Shown here piece by piece: positions 29,821-32,000 of a stretch of 32,000 bases of DNA. The notes under the pieces were generated by a model that saw only the letters and a program-made list of their open reading frames with translations, had not been told where the DNA came from and did no database searches. The translations under genes and the position numbers were made by a program. Position 1 is the stretch's first letter, and every line of letters begins with the position of its first letter. This stretch comes from an uncultured archaeon (GTDB taxonomy: Archaea > Iainarchaeota > Iainarchaeia > Iainarchaeales > Iainarchaeaceae): the NCBI GenBank assembly GCA_964577555.1, contig CAZNZM010000003.1, positions 74,047 to 106,046 on the forward strand, in the 5' to 3' direction.

Positions 29821-32000
29821 TTGGTTTCATCTGCAAGAAAATATCTGATTTTATCATCTTATCCTCCTCGTGAGTGCGGGATTGCGACTTTCACTAAAGA
29901 CCTCTCGGATTCTATACAAAAAAGGTTTGGCAATTCGCTTGTTTCTAAAATCGCGGCTATCAATGAATCAAATTATGTGCTTAGGACTTATCCTAAAAAA
30001 GTTTCAATTACTTTGACTGAAAATGATATTTCAAGTTATGAGGCTTTGGCAAAAAAAATAAATCGTATGAAGAATGTTGAAGTGGTGAATATTCAACATG
30101 AATTTGGTTTGTTTGGCGGTCTTTTTGGCAGTTATCTTTTGACTTTCATGGAGCTTTTGAATAAAAAAATAATCACGACGTTGCATACTGTTCTTGAAGA
30201 TCCTAAACAGGAAATGAAAGAGGTTGTGAGGCGAATATTTGAATTAAGCGATAAAGTAGTTGTTATGACTGAAAATGCAAAGGAAATTCTTGCAGACCAC
30301 TATCAAGTTGATGTTTCGAAGGTTGAGGTGATTCCTCATGGCGTGCCTGCAATTAGTTATGAAAAAAACGAGAATGCTAAAAAGAAGTATGGTTTAAAGG
30401 GCAAGACAGTTCTAATGACTTTCGGCATGCTTAGCAAAGGAAAGTCGCTTGAAACTGTAATAAACGCGTTGCCAAAAGTTGTCAAAAAATTTCCAAATGT
30501 GGTTTATTTGATAGTTGGGCAAACCCACCCTGTTGTAAGGCAAAAAGAGGGCGAGTCTTACAGAAACATGTTGAAAGAATTGGTTGCTCATCATAATTTG
30601 GGTGATAATGTCAAGTTTCTTGACAAATATTTGACTTTAAAAGAAATAATAGAGTGTTTGCAGATGGCTGATATTTATCTTGCGCCTTCTTCTGATGCAA
30701 GGCAAATATGCAGTGGCACGGTGAGTTATGCCATGGGCGCTGGAAGAGCCATAATAGCGTCAAAAACGAAGTATAATGGAGAGGTTTTGGCTTCAAAAAG
30801 GGGTATTATAATAAAAGAAAATGATCCTGATGCTTTTTCAAGAGCCATAATAAGGTTGCTTAAGAATCACGAGCTAAGGGCTGTATTGGAAAAGAATGCT
30901 TTTGAGTATAGCAGAAAAATGACTTGGCAGAATGTTTCTACTAAATATTTCAATGTGATTCGTTCTTTGAGCCAATTTTCAATAAGCGAATTTGGAAAAT
31001 TGCCTAAGTTTAATTTTAAGCATTTTTTTAGAATAACTGATGATTTTGGCATGATACAATTTTGCAATTATACTACTCCGGACATTGAAAGCGGTTATAC
31101 TCTTGATGACAATGCAAGAGCTTTGGTTGTTTCAAAGAAAGCGTTTGAATTGTTTGGCTACAAAAAATTTGTAAAAATGGCGGACAAGTTTTTGGATTTT
31201 GTTGATTATTGTTATGAAAGCGATGGAGTAATACACAATGTCGTGAATTATAAAAGAGAATATGCTGATGATATTGGAAGCGAAGATAGTTATGGTAGGG
31301 CTTTGTGGGGGCTTGCGGAAACGGTTGAGTCTAACATGCCGTTGCAAATCAAGGAAAAAGCCAAGGCAATACTTTCCAAGTATATAAAAAGCGGAATTGA
31401 AGTCAGTTCTCCGAGAGCCGAAGCCGATTCTCTTATTGGATTGACAAAAGTAATGGATCATTTTCCATCGGAAGCAGAAACACATGAAAAATTATTGGAT
31501 TCTTTGATATGCAAATACAACGATTCAAAGGATGAAGATTGGAAATGGTTTGAAAGTTATTTGACGTATGCTAATGGCAGAATACCTGAAGCTCTTTTTG
31601 AAGCGCATAAATTTGACAAGTCTGGCGAAGCGAAAAATATTGCAATTGAATCAATGGATTTTTTGACTAAAATTCTTTTTATTGAAGACAAACTTTTTCC
31701 AGTTGGACAAGAAAAATGGTATCATCGCAAAAGCGAAAGGTCAATGTTTGATCAACAACCAATAGAGGCTTCAGTGATGACAACCGCTTATATTAAAGCT
31801 TTTGAATCCACTGGGAACCAAATTTATATGAAAAGAGCCCATGACGCGTTTGATTGGTTTTTAGGCAAAAATGCGCATCATTTGATGGTTTATGACGAAG
31901 CAAGTGGAGGATCGTTTGACGGAATAACGCGCAATGGTGTTAATGCAAATCAAGGTGCCGAATCAACAGTGTCTTATTTGCTTGCAAGGCTTTCTTTTTG
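29821..32000 (+). CDS. GT4-family glycosyltransferase fused to a C-terminal alpha-helical (six-hairpin-like) domain; 3' end beyond the window
   Basis: My own translation from the TTG at 29821 (AGGTGA SD at 29806-29811) is open to the window end. It reads MVSSARKYLILSSYPPRECGIATFTKDL ... LMTFGMLSKGKSLETVINALPKVVKKFPNVVYLIVGQTHP ... ADIYLAPSSDARQICSGTVSYAMGAGRAIIASKTKYNGEVL, a GT4 retaining-transferase pattern. A helical region of more than 330 aa follows (DDNARALVV...YGRALWGLAE...). It is absent from the ORF track because it has a non-ATG start and no stop in the window. Confidence 0.8.
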   Translation, partial: MVSSARKYLILSSYPPRECGIATFTKDLSDSIQKRFGNSLVSKIAAINESNYVLRTYPKKVSITLTENDISSYEALAKKINRMKNVEVVNIQHEFGLFGGLFGSYLLTFMELLNKKIITTLHTVLEDPKQEMKEVVRRIFELSDKVVVMTENAKEILADHYQVDVSKVEVIPHGVPAISYEKNENAKKKYGLKGKTVLMTFGMLSKGKSLETVINALPKVVKKFPNVVYLIVGQTHPVVRQKEGESYRNMLKELVAHHNLGDNVKFLDKYLTLKEIIECLQMADIYLAPSSDARQICSGTVSYAMGAGRAIIASKTKYNGEVLASKRGIIIKENDPDAFSRAIIRLLKNHELRAVLEKNAFEYSRKMTWQNVSTKYFNVIRSLSQFSISEFGKLPKFNFKHFFRITDDFGMIQFCNYTTPDIESGYTLDDNARALVVSKKAFELFGYKKFVKMADKFLDFVDYCYESDGVIHNVVNYKREYADDIGSEDSYGRALWGLAETVESNMPLQIKEKAKAILSKYIKSGIEVSSPRAEADSLIGLTKVMDHFPSEAETHEKLLDSLICKYNDSKDEDWKWFESYLTYANGRIPEALFEAHKFDKSGEAKNIAIESMDFLTKILFIEDKLFPVGQEKWYHRKSERSMFDQQPIEASVMTTAYIKAFESTGNQIYMKRAHDAFDWFLGKNAHHLMVYDEASGGSFDGITRNGVNANQGAESTVSYLLARLSF

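Overview
AT-rich (about one-third G+C by eye) chromosomal fragment. I assign it to an archaeon because both tRNA genes carry short introns at position 37/38 that fold into canonical bulge-helix-bulge motifs. The small-genome, DPANN-like flavour is an inference from composition and gene content. Gene order: a YbaK-like editing protein (partial); bacterial-type metK, divergent from an HTH+CBS regulator; a compact carotenoid cluster (crtI, crtYc, crtYd, convergent crtB); a four-gene, translationally coupled operon of secreted, C-terminally anchored surface proteins (5963-13145); a GC-rich candidate structured ncRNA; tRNA-Ser(GGA); a small basic ORF; a Cys-rich membrane protein; tRNA-Arg(CCG); an unknown 263-aa protein; a short bacterial-type tRNA-guanine transglycosylase; a second, minus-strand locus of giant envelope proteins of 1302, 571, about 1122 and 334 aa (17972-28183); and a GH130 glycosidase with a GT4 glycosyltransferase fusion (partial). 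No CRISPR array, transposase, integrase or rRNA is visible. The most unusual signal is non-coding. Four long spacers (401-751, 17222-17971, 18990-19203, 28290-28660) are strand-polarised arrays of T6-T19 tracts. The tracts are interspersed with a small recurring vocabulary of G/C words: GCGAGCC(A), T-run+GTCA(T/A), GTCTTTGG(C)TTTGG and AGATG. I cannot assign these arrays to any described element class. The two surface-protein loci show a novel repeat domain, a shared C-terminal TGL(F/L)+TM tail and tight coupling. They are the best candidates for an undescribed cell-surface or host-interaction system. All functional calls rest on motifs read by eye, and no database search was possible.
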